Source: Armatimonadota bacterium
GTDB lineage: Bacteria; Armatimonadota; SYMT01
Reading direction: 5' to 3'
NCBI GenBank assembly: GCA_041690135.1
Contig: JAWLHY010000019.1
Span: forward strand, 32,001-96,000
Length of the DNA stretch: 64,000 nucleotides
Shown here: positions 30,525-41,111 of the stretch, piece after piece
Numbering within the stretch: position 1 is the first letter of the stretch
Layout of the letters: every line of letters begins with the position of its first letter
The notes under the pieces: generated by a model
The model's database searches: none
Told to the model about the DNA's origin: nothing
Seen by the model: only the letters and a program-made list of their open reading frames with translations
Translations under genes and position numbers: made by a program

Positions 30525-31675
30525 CAGCCAGCTCTCGCATTTAGCTCAGCCGCCTCCTGGTAGAGGCGGAGGTAGGCTTCGGCGGTGGCGTCGATGGAGA
30601 AGCGGCCCACTTCCCGCAGGCAGGCGCCACTCATACGGGCGCGCAGTTCACGGTCCGAAAGTATCCGGACCAGGGCGCCGGCAAACGGCTCGGGGTCGTC
30701 GGGAATGAGGAAGCCGTCCAGCCCGTCAGTGACGACCGTCGAAGGACCATAGGCGTTTACGGAAACCGCTGGAACGCCCGCAGCTTTAGCCTCGGTGAGC
30801 ACCAGGCCCTGGGTATCCGTCCTGGATGAGAAGGCGAACACGTCCACGGCCGCGTAGACGAGCTCCATCTTCTCCGGCGGCACGAAGCCGGCGAACACGA
30901 TCCGGTCTCCGGCACCCGTCTCCTGGGCCATCCGGCGCGCCTCCGCCTCGACGGGTCCTCCGCCCGCGATCAGCAGCCAGGCGTCCGGCATCTCCCGGGC
31001 TACGCGCGCGAATCCCGAGAAGAGGAGCCCGAGATTCTTTTCTTTGGCCAGCCTCCCCGCATAAAGCGCGAGCGGCGCCTCTTCCGGAATTCCGAAGGCC
31101 CGACGGGGGAAATCCGGGTCCCGCGGGCGTGGCGGACGGAGCTTGAGACCCGTGGGGATGACCCGGATGGGGCGTTGTACCCCGTAACTCACCAGTTCCT
31201 GGCGGACCGGCTCCGTCGGTACGGCCACCACATCGCAGGCATTGCAGAAGGTGAGGGAGATCTGCCGGAGAAGGTGACGGAGTGGCGGCTTTGGCAAAAA
31301 CGGCGCATAGTGGGAATACTCAACGTAGAGGGTGTGATAGGTGGTCACCAGGGGGATCCGGCCCTGGCGAGCCCACCTCCGGCCCACCTGTCCCAGGGCG
31401 AATGGTGAGTGGGTGTGGACCACGTCGAAGCCGGACTGGCCGAACTTCCGGCGGAGGCGCGGGGACCACGGAATGGCCAGCGGGTAGTCGCGCTGGTGCG
31501 GAAACGCATAGCTGGAGAAGCGATGCGCGGGCCGGAGGTCCTGATGGCCGGGGAAATGCGGGGCGAACACCTCTACCGAATGCTCCGGTTCGAAGGCATC
31601 CACCAGGAGGTCGACCGCCACGGCGACCCCGTTGATGACGGGCCGATAGCTTTCCGTAAACTGGGCGATACGCAT
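30524..31675 (-). CDS. GT4 glycosyltransferase (diacylglycerol glucosyltransferase-like)
   Basis: MRIAQFTESYRPVINGV, HTHSPF, TYHTLY, GRLAKEKN, DTQGLVLTEA. Confidence 0.9.
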   Translation of the reverse strand: MRIAQFTESYRPVINGVAVAVDLLVDAFEPEHSVEVFAPHFPGHQDLRPAHRFSSYAFPHQRDYPLAIPWSPRLRRKFGQSGFDVVHTHSPFALGQVGRRWARQGRIPLVTTYHTLYVEYSHYAPFLPKPPLRHLLRQISLTFCNACDVVAVPTEPVRQELVSYGVQRPIRVIPTGLKLRPPRPRDPDFPRRAFGIPEEAPLALYAGRLAKEKNLGLLFSGFARVAREMPDAWLLIAGGGPVEAEARRMAQETGAGDRIVFAGFVPPEKMELVYAAVDVFAFSSRTDTQGLVLTEAKAAGVPAVSVNAYGPSTVVTDGLDGFLIPDDPEPFAGALVRILSDRELRARMSGACLREVGRFSIDATAEAYLRLYQEAAELNARAG

Positions 31676-32053
31676 CAGGTCCGTTACGAGGATCTTTAAA
31701 GGTTAGCAGTGAACGGGTGTGTGGGAAACCTTCAGCTTGAGAGCATTCTGCTGCCTTCTTGCTGGGGTAAGTCTAGCCGGGTCCGCAAGTGAGCGCAACT
31801 TTGCAGCCTGGCTGGTCTCTTCCTAATTACCGGAATACGCTCGTTGCCGCGACTTGAGTTGCGGTGAGGTGTCGTTTCCCCGTTTCCCACAGCGAAGTGG
31901 GGAGACCACAGCAGCGCAGGAGGACTGCATCTCGAACCGATCCCGCTCGAACCGGAAATGAACCGGGCCCGGCTTTCGCTCCCAACGGCGGGGAAAGCTG
32001 GCAACCCTGACATCCCGTACAATTTCACAACGACTGTGTAGGAGATCATCCTG

Positions 32054-34627
32054 ATGGATCAGCAAGCGGTGGGAAGCCCACACATCAGCCGCAACGCACT
32101 CGGCTGGCGCTCCCTGCCAACCCGATTGACCCAACTTTTCACTTCAGCACTGCCCCTCTCCCTACTGGCCCTGGTGTCCCTGGCGACCGCCGTTCCGGCA
32201 TGGTCCCAGGAAGGTGGCGCGCACGCCACTCCGCACCGGGGAGGCGAGGCCAGTTTGGTGGTTCCGGAGCTCGGCGACACGCAGGTGGCCAGTTTCTTCG
32301 GAATGAGCGGACACCAGTTGCTGATGCTCGGCCTCGTCGTTTCGGCCCTTGGCATGGCGTTCGGGCTGATGGTGTTCAACCAGCTCAAGAACGCGCCGGT
32401 CCACCGGTCCATGCGCGAGATCAGCGAGCTCATCTACGAGACCTGTAAGACGTACCTGGTCACGCAGTTGAAGTTCATCGGGATCCTGTGGGCCTTTATC
32501 GGCGTGATCATGGTGGTGTACTTCCGCTGGTTCCAGGAACTAAGCTGGGGCCGCGTAGGCATTATCACTCTCTTCTCGCTGATCGGTATCGCCGGCAGCA
32601 CCGCCGTCGCCTGGTTCGGCATCCGGGTCAACACCTTCGCGAACTCCCGCACCTCTTTCGCCGCCCTCTCTGGTAAGCCATTCCCTTGCTACGCCATTCC
32701 GCTCAAGGCGGGGATGAGTATCGGCATGCTCCTCATCTCGGTGGAGTTGATGATCATGCTGGGGATCCTGCTCTTTATTCCGGGAGAGTACGCCGGCCCC
32801 TGCTTCATCGGGTTCGCCATTGGCGAGTCTCTGGGGGCGGCCGCGCTCCGCATCGCGGGTGGTATCTTCACCAAGATCGCGGACATCGGCGCGGACCTGA
32901 TGAAGATCGTGTTCGGCATTAAGGAAGATGATGCCCGGAACCCCGGCGTGATCGCGGACTGCACCGGCGACAACGCGGGCGACTCCGTGGGGCCGAGCGC
33001 GGATGGCTTTGAGACCTATGGGGTTACGGGCGTTGCGCTGATCTCCTTTATCCTGCTGGCGGTAACGATCGCCGCCGTGCAGATCGAATTGCTGGTGTGG
33101 ATCTTCATGATCCGCATCGTGATGGTGGTCGCCAGTGGCGTGGCCTACTTCATCAACGACGCCATCGCGCGGGCGAAGTATGGTAACGCGGACTCCTTCA
33201 ACTACGAGCATCCGCTGACCACGCTGGTGTGGCTCACCTCGATTCTCTCGATCGCGCTCACGTTCGTGGTGTCTTACCTCCTCATTCCGAACATCGGCGG
33301 CGACCCCAGCCTCTGGTGGAAGCTGTCCGTGGTGATCACCTGCGGCACCCTGGCGGGCGCGGTGATCCCCGAGCTCGTTAAGGTCTTCACTTCCACCGAG
33401 TCCGGGCATGTCCGAGAGGTGGTCTCCTCTTCGCGGGAGGGCGGAGCGTCCCTGAATATCCTTTCCGGGCTTACGGCGGGGAACTTCAGCGCCTACTGGA
33501 TGGGGATTATTCTCATTCTGCTGATGGGCACGGCCTGGCAGGTCAGCACGGCCGGCGTCGGCGCGCTGATGACCATCAACGGCTTCGACGCCTCCCCGGT
33601 GTTCGCGTTCGGGCTGGTGGCCTTCGGCTTCCTGGGAATGGGGCCGGTCACCATCGCCGTGGACTCCTACGGTCCGGTCACGGACAACGCCCAATCCGTC
33701 TATGAGCTCTCCATGATCGAAGCGATTCCCGGCGTCAAGGAGGAGATTCAACGCGAGCACGGCTTTGCGGTTAACTTCGAGCGCGCCAAGCACAACCTGG
33801 AAGAGAACGACGGTGCGGGGAACACGTTCAAAGCCACGGCCAAGCCGGTGCTCATCGGCACTGCCGTGGTGGGCGCCACCACGCTGATCTTCTCGATCAT
33901 CGTGCTGCTTACCAACGGTCTGGAACCGGAGCGCATCAGCTACCTCTCGGTGTTGCACCCGCCGTTCCTGCTCGGCCTCATCGCCGGCGGCGCGGTCATC
34001 TACTGGTTCACCGGGGCCTCCACCCAGGCGGTGGTTACCGGCGCCTACCGGGCGGTCGAGTTCATCAAGGCGAATATCCGGCTGGAGAACACAGAGCGCG
34101 CCTCGATCTCGGACAGCAAGAAGGTGGTGGAAATCTGCACGAAGTACGCGCAGCTCGGGATGTTCAACATCTTCCTTACCATCTTCTTCGCGACCCTGGC
34201 CTTCGCTAGCCTCGAGTCATTCTTCTTCATCGGGTATCTGATCGGGATCGCGCTCTTCGGCCTGTTCCAGGCGCTGTTCATGGCCAACGCCGGCGGCGCG
34301 TGGGATAACGCCAAGAAGATCGTGGAAGTGGAGCTCAAAGAGAAGGGTACGGACCTCCATGCGGCCACCGTGGTCGGCGACACCGTGGGTGACCCGTTCA
34401 AGGACACCTCCTCGGTCGCCATGAACCCGGTGATCAAGTTCACCACCCTCTTCGGCCTCCTGGCCGTGGAGTTGGCGGAGAACCTGCCCACCGGAGTGCG
34501 GCTTACTGCGGCCTTGATCCTGTTCATCCTGGCATCGGTCTTCGTTTACCGTTCATTCTACGGAATGCGGATCAACGTCGCGGCCAAAGCCAAGAGTGTG
34601 CCGGCCAAGGAGCGGGTCCGCGCCTAA
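32054..34627 (+). CDS. hppA: Membrane-bound ion-translocating pyrophosphatase, divergent long K+-independent type
   Basis: GGIFTKIADIGADL, EDDARNPGVIADCTGDNAGD, GNTFKATAK, GGAWDNAKK, GDTVGDPFKDT. Confidence 0.95.
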   Translation: MDQQAVGSPHISRNALGWRSLPTRLTQLFTSALPLSLLALVSLATAVPAWSQEGGAHATPHRGGEASLVVPELGDTQVASFFGMSGHQLLMLGLVVSALGMAFGLMVFNQLKNAPVHRSMREISELIYETCKTYLVTQLKFIGILWAFIGVIMVVYFRWFQELSWGRVGIITLFSLIGIAGSTAVAWFGIRVNTFANSRTSFAALSGKPFPCYAIPLKAGMSIGMLLISVELMIMLGILLFIPGEYAGPCFIGFAIGESLGAAALRIAGGIFTKIADIGADLMKIVFGIKEDDARNPGVIADCTGDNAGDSVGPSADGFETYGVTGVALISFILLAVTIAAVQIELLVWIFMIRIVMVVASGVAYFINDAIARAKYGNADSFNYEHPLTTLVWLTSILSIALTFVVSYLLIPNIGGDPSLWWKLSVVITCGTLAGAVIPELVKVFTSTESGHVREVVSSSREGGASLNILSGLTAGNFSAYWMGIILILLMGTAWQVSTAGVGALMTINGFDASPVFAFGLVAFGFLGMGPVTIAVDSYGPVTDNAQSVYELSMIEAIPGVKEEIQREHGFAVNFERAKHNLEENDGAGNTFKATAKPVLIGTAVVGATTLIFSIIVLLTNGLEPERISYLSVLHPPFLLGLIAGGAVIYWFTGASTQAVVTGAYRAVEFIKANIRLENTERASISDSKKVVEICTKYAQLGMFNIFLTIFFATLAFASLESFFFIGYLIGIALFGLFQALFMANAGGAWDNAKKIVEVELKEKGTDLHAATVVGDTVGDPFKDTSSVAMNPVIKFTTLFGLLAVELAENLPTGVRLTAALILFILASVFVYRSFYGMRINVAAKAKSVPAKERVRA

Positions 34628-34872
34628 CGGTGTCTCCAGATTCTCCCATTCGGTTACCGCGGCTGCTGCCGTTGGGCAAACCGAATGGGAGAACGGGGCC
34701 GATTTCCCACAGCTGCAGCCGATTAGGTTGCTGAATGGGAGAAGAGAAGAATGGGAGCAACGTGGCCGAAAGCTCCCGTTCCCCCATTCATCCGTTCCTC
34801 CATACTCCCATTCATTCGTTCCCTCTTCGCCTCATTCGCCCCATTCGCGGATCGTCCGTCCCCTTGCCTGGT

Positions 34873-34901
34873 TTGACTTGCCCCTTAGGCGAGGATATAA
34901 T
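34873..34901 (+). promoter_or_regulatory. Sigma70 promoter of hom-purC
   Basis: TTGACT-N17-TATAAT. Confidence 0.75.
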
Positions 34902-34974
34902 AGCCGCGCTTCCGGGTAGGACATCCTCCCGGCCTTTTCGGGCCTATTTCGGCTCGCGTCACCACCTCTTTCCT

Positions 34975-36270
34975 ATGCCGCATCAGCCACGGACTATCTC
35001 GCTTGGAATCCTCGGCTGCGGGGTCGTCGGCACCGGCACCATCCGGACCCTGCAGGAAAACGCCGCCGCCATTGAGCGGCAGCTCGGCGCCCGGATCGTT
35101 GTCAAGAAAGTGGCCGTCCGCGACCTCGACAAGCCGCGTGACGTGGACCTGCCTCGCGAGTTGTTTACGACCGATGCCTCCGCGGTTATCGACGACCCGG
35201 AAATCGACGTCGTCGCGGAGCTGATCGGCGGTATCCTGCCCGCGAGCGACTACATCCTGCGCTCCCTGCGCAACGGCAAGCACGTCGTTACCGCCAATAA
35301 GGAGCTCATCGCCAAAGGCGGGCACAACCTGTTGGTGGAAGCGGCGGAACGCAACCTGGACCTCTTCTTCGAAGGCAGCGTCGCGGGCGGCATACCGATC
35401 ATCCGGGCGCTCAAGGTTTCGCTCGCCGCCAACCGCATCCAGGAGGTGATGGGGATCGTCAACGGCACGACGAACTACATCCTCACCCAGATGGCGCAGA
35501 ACGGCCTCGATTTCGGCGTGGCGCTGGCCGAGGCCCAGGCGAAGGGCTATGCGGAGGCGGACCCGACCGACGACGTGGACGGTCACGACGCAGCCTACAA
35601 GCTGACGATCCTCGCCAGCATCGCGTTCCAGAGCCAGGTGCCCCTCGAGAAGGTGTTCCGTGAGGGCATTCGCGGCGTTTCCGACCGGGACATCGCCTAT
35701 GCCCGGAACCTGGGGTATGTCATCAAGCTGGTCGCCGTAGCCCGCGAGCGTGCGGAAGGCCTGGAACTGCGCGTCCACCCCACTATGCTCCCCCTCTCCC
35801 ACCCGCTGGCCTCGGTGAACGACGTGTTCAACGCGGTTCATGTCACCGGCAATGCCGTAGGCGGGACGATGTTCTACGGGCGCGGCGCCGGCTCCATGCC
35901 GACCGGCAGTTCCGTGGCAGCGGATATCCTGGAAGTCGCGCGGGGCATGGTCTTCGGCGGCTCCGGGCGGGTCGGCTGCACGTGCTTCTACGAAAAGCCG
36001 ATCCTGCCGATCGAACAGGTCGAGACGAACTACTACGTCCGCACCGAAACCGAAGACAAACCCGGGGTCATCGCGGCCATCGGCACCGTGTTCGGCAACC
36101 ATGGCGTGTCCCTGGAATCCGTGCTCCAAAAGCAGGGGGACGGGGATTTTGCCGAGATCGTGTGGATTACGCACCGCACGAACGAAGGCAACATGCGCGC
36201 GGCTCTGCAAGAGATCGAAGCGCTGCCCGTCGTGCGGAGAATTGCCAACTGGATCCGCGTCGAAGAATAG
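34975..36270 (+). CDS. hom: Homoserine dehydrogenase with C-terminal ACT domain
   Basis: GCGVVG, VVTANK, EGSVAGGIPII, NGTTNYIL, GYAEADPT, DKPGVIA; start moved to ATG 34975. Confidence 0.95.
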   Translation: MPHQPRTISLGILGCGVVGTGTIRTLQENAAAIERQLGARIVVKKVAVRDLDKPRDVDLPRELFTTDASAVIDDPEIDVVAELIGGILPASDYILRSLRNGKHVVTANKELIAKGGHNLLVEAAERNLDLFFEGSVAGGIPIIRALKVSLAANRIQEVMGIVNGTTNYILTQMAQNGLDFGVALAEAQAKGYAEADPTDDVDGHDAAYKLTILASIAFQSQVPLEKVFREGIRGVSDRDIAYARNLGYVIKLVAVARERAEGLELRVHPTMLPLSHPLASVNDVFNAVHVTGNAVGGTMFYGRGAGSMPTGSSVAADILEVARGMVFGGSGRVGCTCFYEKPILPIEQVETNYYVRTETEDKPGVIAAIGTVFGNHGVSLESVLQKQGDGDFAEIVWITHRTNEGNMRAALQEIEALPVVRRIANWIRVEE

Positions 36271-36303
36271 CGATCCGCTACTGCTCCACCCATCAAAACA
36301 ACC

Positions 36304-37209
36304 ATGAGCGACGTCATCCTCTCCACCCAGATTGCGGGCCTCAAGCCCTTCATCACCGGCAAGGTCCGCGACGTGTACGACCTGGACGACCACCTGCTGA
36401 TCGTCACCACCGACCGGATTTCCGCATTCGACTCGGTGCTGCCGACGGGGATCCCCGACAAGGGGCGCGTTTTGAACCAGCTCTCCGCCTTCTGGTTCGA
36501 GTTCATCCGCGACTTCTGCCCGAGCCACCTGGTCTCGATCGATGACGACGAGATTCTGGAGCGGGTCCGCGCCGCGGGCGGAGATCCGGTCCCGGCGGAA
36601 ATCGCAGGTCGGTCGATGCTGGTGCGCAAGACGCAGGCGCTTCCGGTGGAGTGCGTCGTGCGTGGTTACCTGGAAGGCAGTGGCTGGAAGGAATACCAGA
36701 AGAAGCAGTCGGTCTGCGGCATCGCGCTTCCCGAAGGGCTTCAGCAGGGCTCGCGCCTGCCGGAGCCGATCTTCACCCCCTCCACCAAGGCGCACACGGG
36801 CCACGACGTGAACATCACCCACGAGGAGATGTCGAAGATCGTGCCCCAGGAGCAGATGGACCAGCTCATCCGCCTGAGCCTGGAAGTCTACACCCGGGCC
36901 GCGGCCTATGCCCAGGAGCGCGGAATTATCATCGCCGACACCAAGTTCGAGTTCGGGGTCCTGGACGGCCAGATCGTGATGATCGACGAATGCCTGACGC
37001 CCGACTCGTCCCGGTTCTGGGATGCGGAGAAGTGGCAGCCGGGCGGTCCGCAGCCCAGTTTCGACAAGCAGTTTGTCCGCGACTACCTGGACGCCATCGG
37101 CTGGAACCACGAGCCGCCCGCTCCGCCGCTTTCCGTGGACGTGGCCGCCAACACCGCGGAGAAGTACCGGGAGATCTTCCGCCGGCTCTCCGGCCGTGCC
37201 CTCGCCTGA
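36304..37209 (+). CDS. purC: SAICAR synthetase
   Basis: GKVRDVY, TDRISAFD, ECVVRGYL, ADTKFEFG, DECLTPDSSRFW, DKQFVRD. Confidence 0.96.
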   Translation: MSDVILSTQIAGLKPFITGKVRDVYDLDDHLLIVTTDRISAFDSVLPTGIPDKGRVLNQLSAFWFEFIRDFCPSHLVSIDDDEILERVRAAGGDPVPAEIAGRSMLVRKTQALPVECVVRGYLEGSGWKEYQKKQSVCGIALPEGLQQGSRLPEPIFTPSTKAHTGHDVNITHEEMSKIVPQEQMDQLIRLSLEVYTRAAAYAQERGIIIADTKFEFGVLDGQIVMIDECLTPDSSRFWDAEKWQPGGPQPSFDKQFVRDYLDAIGWNHEPPAPPLSVDVAANTAEKYREIFRRLSGRALA

Positions 37210-37220
37210 TTTGGCTTTTC

Positions 37221-37272
37221 ACCACAGAGATCGCCCACAGGGCACCCGAGACACGGAGAAGGTCACGGAGAG
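37221..37272. repeat. Degenerate CAC(A/G)GAG short-repeat array
   Basis: ACCACAGAGA..CACAGGG..CACCCGAG.CACGGAG..CACGGAG. Confidence 0.5.
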
Positions 37273-37339
37273 CGTTTGAGGGATGGCGCCGGCAGACAGA
37301 GCGGGTGCACTTTCCAAGAACCTCACCTAAACATCTTGG

Positions 37340-37374
37340 AGAGGCGCACCCGGTTCAAGGGTGCGCCTCTTTTT
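37340..37374 (+). terminator. Intrinsic terminator after purC
   Basis: AGAGGCGCACCC-ggttcaa-GGGTGCGCCTCT-TTTT. Confidence 0.8.
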
Positions 37375-37464
37375 GCACCTGGCATGATACCGGTAAGTAA
37401 GCCGGGATTTGTACTTGAAGTAGTACAGTTCGAAACCCTTTCGTTTTGGTGAGGCAAGTGGGCG

Positions 37465-38661
37465 ATGAAGTATGTGATGGTGATATTGGATGGGGCGGTG
37501 GACCGTCCGATCAAGGAGCTGGGCCAGAAGACGCCGTTGATGGTCGCTACCGGTGACAACCTCAAGGCGCTGACCCGCAAGGCGCGGATCGGGGCAGTGC
37601 AAACGCTGCGGCCGGACTGGACCGGCGATCCCGAGGCTGCATTGATGGCGCTGTTCGGTTACGATCCCAAGGAGCACTTCACCGGGCGGGGGCCGCTCGA
37701 AGCAGCTTCGATGGAGATCGCGCTCGACCGGAACGACGTCGCCTTCTCCGCTAACTTTGTCCACACCGACGGCACGACGCTGTTGGACCCCACGGCCGGT
37801 AAGTTACCCAAGAACGCCGGTCGCGAGCTTCTGCGGCATGTCGAAGAGACGCTCCGGGTGCGAAGTATGCAGTTCTTCCCCGGCGCGGGATACCGCCATG
37901 TCATGGTCTGGCGGGATGGTCCCGATGGCGTTGCCTGCACCACGCCCTATGCGGCGCAGGGGCGCCCCCTTCGGGAGGTATTCCCCACCGGGGACCGGGC
38001 CGAGCGGTTGATTTCCGTTATGTGGGACACGGCGGAGGTACTTGCCGACCACACGCTCAACAAGCGCCGGCGAGATGAAGGGAAGCCGACCGCCGACATG
38101 TTGTGGCCCTGGGCGCCGGGCCGCCGGCCCAACCTGCAGGGATTCGGGTTCCGGCACGGGCTGGGTGGCGCGTGCATTGCCGGCACGGAGATGGTGAAGG
38201 GCCTGGCGCGCCTTTCGGGCCTGCGGGTGCTGGACGTGCCGGGCGCCACCGGCTCATTGGACACCGATTACGCGATGAAGGCGAAGGCGACACTTACGGC
38301 GCTCCACGAGTTCGACTTCTGTCTCGTCCACATCGAAGCGCCCAACGAGGCCAGCCTGGCGGGAGACCTGGAGGCCAAGGTGGATGCACTTAAACGCGTC
38401 GACGAACGGTACTTCGGTACACTGCTGGATCGCATCGGCCAGCTCGACAACTTTCGGATCATGGTCGTGCCGGACCACCCTACCTACGTGGAAGAGCGGT
38501 CGACCGGGCTGGACTGGGTCCCGTTCATGATCGCGGGGAACACGGAGAAGCCCCAGGTTCGGAACATCCTTCCGTTCGACGAACGTGCCGTGGAAGACGC
38601 GGAATGGCGTATCGATGAAGGGTGGCGGTTGTTGGACCAGTTGTTTGACCCGGTTCCGTAG
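37465..38661 (+). CDS. ApgM-like cofactor-independent phosphoglycerate mutase family protein with degenerate active site
   Basis: ILDGAVD, KTPL, GYDP..TGRGPLEAAS, PGATGSLDTDY, PDHPT present; catalytic Ser and two metal ligands appear substituted. Confidence 0.8.
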   Translation: MKYVMVILDGAVDRPIKELGQKTPLMVATGDNLKALTRKARIGAVQTLRPDWTGDPEAALMALFGYDPKEHFTGRGPLEAASMEIALDRNDVAFSANFVHTDGTTLLDPTAGKLPKNAGRELLRHVEETLRVRSMQFFPGAGYRHVMVWRDGPDGVACTTPYAAQGRPLREVFPTGDRAERLISVMWDTAEVLADHTLNKRRRDEGKPTADMLWPWAPGRRPNLQGFGFRHGLGGACIAGTEMVKGLARLSGLRVLDVPGATGSLDTDYAMKAKATLTALHEFDFCLVHIEAPNEASLAGDLEAKVDALKRVDERYFGTLLDRIGQLDNFRIMVVPDHPTYVEERSTGLDWVPFMIAGNTEKPQVRNILPFDERAVEDAEWRIDEGWRLLDQLFDPVP

Positions 38662-38667
38662 TACACA

Positions 38668-38701
38668 AGAAAGGCGCGATGGACCTCCATCGCGCCTTTC
38701 T
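38668..38701. terminator. Bidirectional terminator between convergent genes
   Basis: AGAAAGGCGCGATGGA-cc-TCCATCGCGCCTTTCT. Confidence 0.8.
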
Positions 38702-38731
38702 CCCTAGAATCAACTCCAGGCTATCCGCAGA

Positions 38732-39493
38732 TCAGTCCCAGTAACCGGTGGACGGGTTGGGGCCCACGATGCCGTCGGAGTTGTAGTCGAGGCCAGCCAT
38801 GGGCGGGGCCATCGCCTCGCTGGCGGGCACGAGGGCCGTGTTAGTCACGAGTTGGTGACGCATCCACTTGGCATGCCCGTCCGCAAAGCCGTAGTTGGCG
38901 CCCTCGTTGTGCCGGCGCGCATTGATTCGGCCTCCGTTTTCTCCCGTCCATCCGCCGGTGCGGGTCTGCGGCTCATCCGCTGGGAAGCTGAGCCGGCGGC
39001 CATCGTGCCGCGCGCCGGTGCTTCCCGTCGGGATGATGAAGGCCAGCGCCTGGTTCACGTCGTTGATGCCGTTGGCGTCCGCAAACACCGGGGTCTGAAC
39101 TGGCAGCGGGATCTGAGCCATGATGCGTCCGCTGCTGCCCAGGGGAAAGTTGTAGGCGTAGCCCTGAGCGGCCTGCAGACTGGGGCACCGCAGGATCTGG
39201 ACGTTCTTGACGTAGGGCTGGATCAGGCGGTTCCAGGGGAAGGCCCGTCCCCCCGAGCCACCGTCGTGCGAGTAAGGGATCACTGTTTCGTCGTAATCCT
39301 GGGTGTACATCTGCCAGCCGGTGGTGAGCTGCTTGACGTTGTTCATACAGGCGGACTGCCGGGCCGACTCGCGGGCCTTAGCGAAAACGGGGAACAGGAT
39401 CGCGGCGAGGATGGCGATAATGGCGATCACTACGAGCAGTTCAATCAGGGTGAAGCCGCGGCGGGAAGCCGGGGAGGTGCGCAAAGCGGTCAT
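38732..39493 (-). CDS. Prepilin-type N-terminal cleavage/methylation, H-X9-DG (DUF1559-like) protein, copy 1
   Basis: [32 protein letters not shown]; [17 protein letters not shown]; ATG at 39493. Confidence 0.92.
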   Translation of the reverse strand: MTALRTSPASRRGFTLIELLVVIAIIAILAAILFPVFAKARESARQSACMNNVKQLTTGWQMYTQDYDETVIPYSHDGGSGGRAFPWNRLIQPYVKNVQILRCPSLQAAQGYAYNFPLGSSGRIMAQIPLPVQTPVFADANGINDVNQALAFIIPTGSTGARHDGRRLSFPADEPQTRTGGWTGENGGRINARRHNEGANYGFADGHAKWMRHQLVTNTALVPASEAMAPPMAGLDYNSDGIVGPNPSTGYWD

Positions 39494-39628
39494 TCTTCTC
39501 TCTTCGGTGAGCGAGCGCACCCGTCCGGGTGCGGTTGAAATAGGGGCCCCGAGGTATCCCTTGCCAGCGGGCTCGCAATAAGGACGATGGTGGGGACAGA
39601 TCGGAGCAGGCGGTGTCCAATTCTTAAG

Positions 39629-39654
39629 GACGGATTGCGGTCAAAAGAGTTCAC
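39629..39654 (-). promoter_or_regulatory. Putative ECF-sigma promoter (AAC-N16-CGTC) upstream of DUF1559 copy 1
   Basis: Minus strand GTGAACTCTTTTGACCGCAATCCGTC. Confidence 0.4.
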
Positions 39655-39782
39655 TTGTCCACGGTTGGACTTCAGCGAAGCGGCTGTGGGGGAATGATTG
39701 AGGTGGGGAAGCAGAAATGCAAAACGGAGCCCCGGAAGGCTCCGGAGCTCCGATATACGTAAAGGCACACTTCGACCGGGTT

Positions 39783-39992
39783 CTACTCCGTGCTATGCAC
39801 CTGCGGAGTATCGCCGCCGGAGGAGCCCTGGGAGTTGTCGGCCGGCAGTTCATTTTGCAACTGAGTTGCCGGAACGTCCGCACTTACGGGTGGAGGTGCT
39901 TGCTGTCCGCCCTTCATTGCGCCGTAACCGACGCCGCCCAGGATCAGCAAACCGGCAACGATGGCCACGATCAGTGTCTTTCGGTCTTCCAT
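39783..39992 (-). CDS. Small single-TM protein (69 aa)
   Basis: GGAGG RBS; one hydrophobic helix then a low-complexity tail; followed by a hairpin at about 39725-39751. Confidence 0.7.
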   Translation of the reverse strand: MEDRKTLIVAIVAGLLILGGVGYGAMKGGQQAPPPVSADVPATQLQNELPADNSQGSSGGDTPQVHSTE

Positions 39993-40022
39993 TGGGTTTC
40001 CTCCAGTCTTCCCGGCGTTACG

Positions 40023-40793
40023 TCAGTCCCAGTAACCAGTCGATGGATGAACACCAACCACCCCATCTCCGTCGTAATCGATGTTGGCCATGGGTGGCGC
40101 CTTGGCCTGGCTGGCCGGCACCAATGCCGTGTTGGTCACTAGCTGATGGCGCATCCATTTCGCGTGGCCGTCCGCGAACCCATAGTTGGCGCCTTCCTTA
40201 TGGCGGGCCGCCGCAATACGCCCCTGGTTGTTCCCCGCCCAACCATTCCCGTTCCGCTGCGGGATTTCATTCGGCCGCGCCAGACGCCGCCCATCATGCC
40301 GCGCTCCATTGCTTCCGGTGGGGATGATAAACGCCAGACACTGATTGAGGTCGTTGTTGCCGTTGGCATCCGCGAATACCGGCGTCTGCGCCGGAAGTGG
40401 CACGCTGGCCAAGGCGCGACCGTTCCCACCCAGAATGAAGTTGTAGGCGTAGCCATGCCGAGCTCGCAGGCTCGGGCACTGTAGGAGTTGAGTGTTCTTA
40501 ACGTAGGGCTGGATAATCACTTCCCAAACGAAAGCCACCCCACCGGACCCGCCATTAGTCGAGTAAGCGAGCGTCGTTTCGTCGTAATCACCCGTGTACA
40601 TGGCCCAACCCAGCGTCAGTTGCTTGATGTTGTTCATGCATGAGGTGGTCCGAGCGGACTCGCGGGCCTGGGCGAACACGGGGAACAAGATGGCAGCAAG
40701 AATGGCGATGATGGCTATCACCACGAGAAGCTCGATCAGGGTGAAGCCTTTTCGGCCCCACCGGGCGCCATTGCGGTGACGCAGTGATTTCAT
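40023..40793 (-). CDS. Prepilin-type N-terminal cleavage/methylation, H-X9-DG (DUF1559-like) protein, copy 2
   Basis: [32 protein letters not shown]; [17 protein letters not shown]; ATG at 40793. Confidence 0.92.
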   Translation of the reverse strand: MKSLRHRNGARWGRKGFTLIELLVVIAIIAILAAILFPVFAQARESARTTSCMNNIKQLTLGWAMYTGDYDETTLAYSTNGGSGGVAFVWEVIIQPYVKNTQLLQCPSLRARHGYAYNFILGGNGRALASVPLPAQTPVFADANGNNDLNQCLAFIIPTGSNGARHDGRRLARPNEIPQRNGNGWAGNNQGRIAAARHKEGANYGFADGHAKWMRHQLVTNTALVPASQAKAPPMANIDYDGDGVVGVHPSTGYWD

Positions 40794-41111
40794 AGATGAG
40801 ACTCCGACAGTAGCGCAGCTCCCAATTGCGGGGGCGGTGAACGTGGTTGGATGCGGTCGGAATGTGGAATTCACTATTTTATGAATAGCATCCACTCCGA
40901 AATGACTGCATAGGCAAAGTTGTCGCCTCGCATCAGGGATAGACTGCCACGGATAGGGTCGACCGCCAAAGACAAGAGGTGATTCCGGGCAATTTGCCCA
41001 TAAAGATTTCAGCTTGCGAAAAATCTGAAATCAATGCCGACCATGCAGACTCGCAGCGAAGGCAGGCGGCCGGCTCGACGCGCGCCCGTAAAGCACTTCA
41101 ACGGCGGAGAG

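Noticed and set aside
34885-37110. 741-aa minus-strand ORF (likewise 18130..20235, 9842..11917, 1000..2586, 6..830)
   Set aside because: Antisense shadows of well-supported genes in GC-rich DNA; no recognisable motifs.
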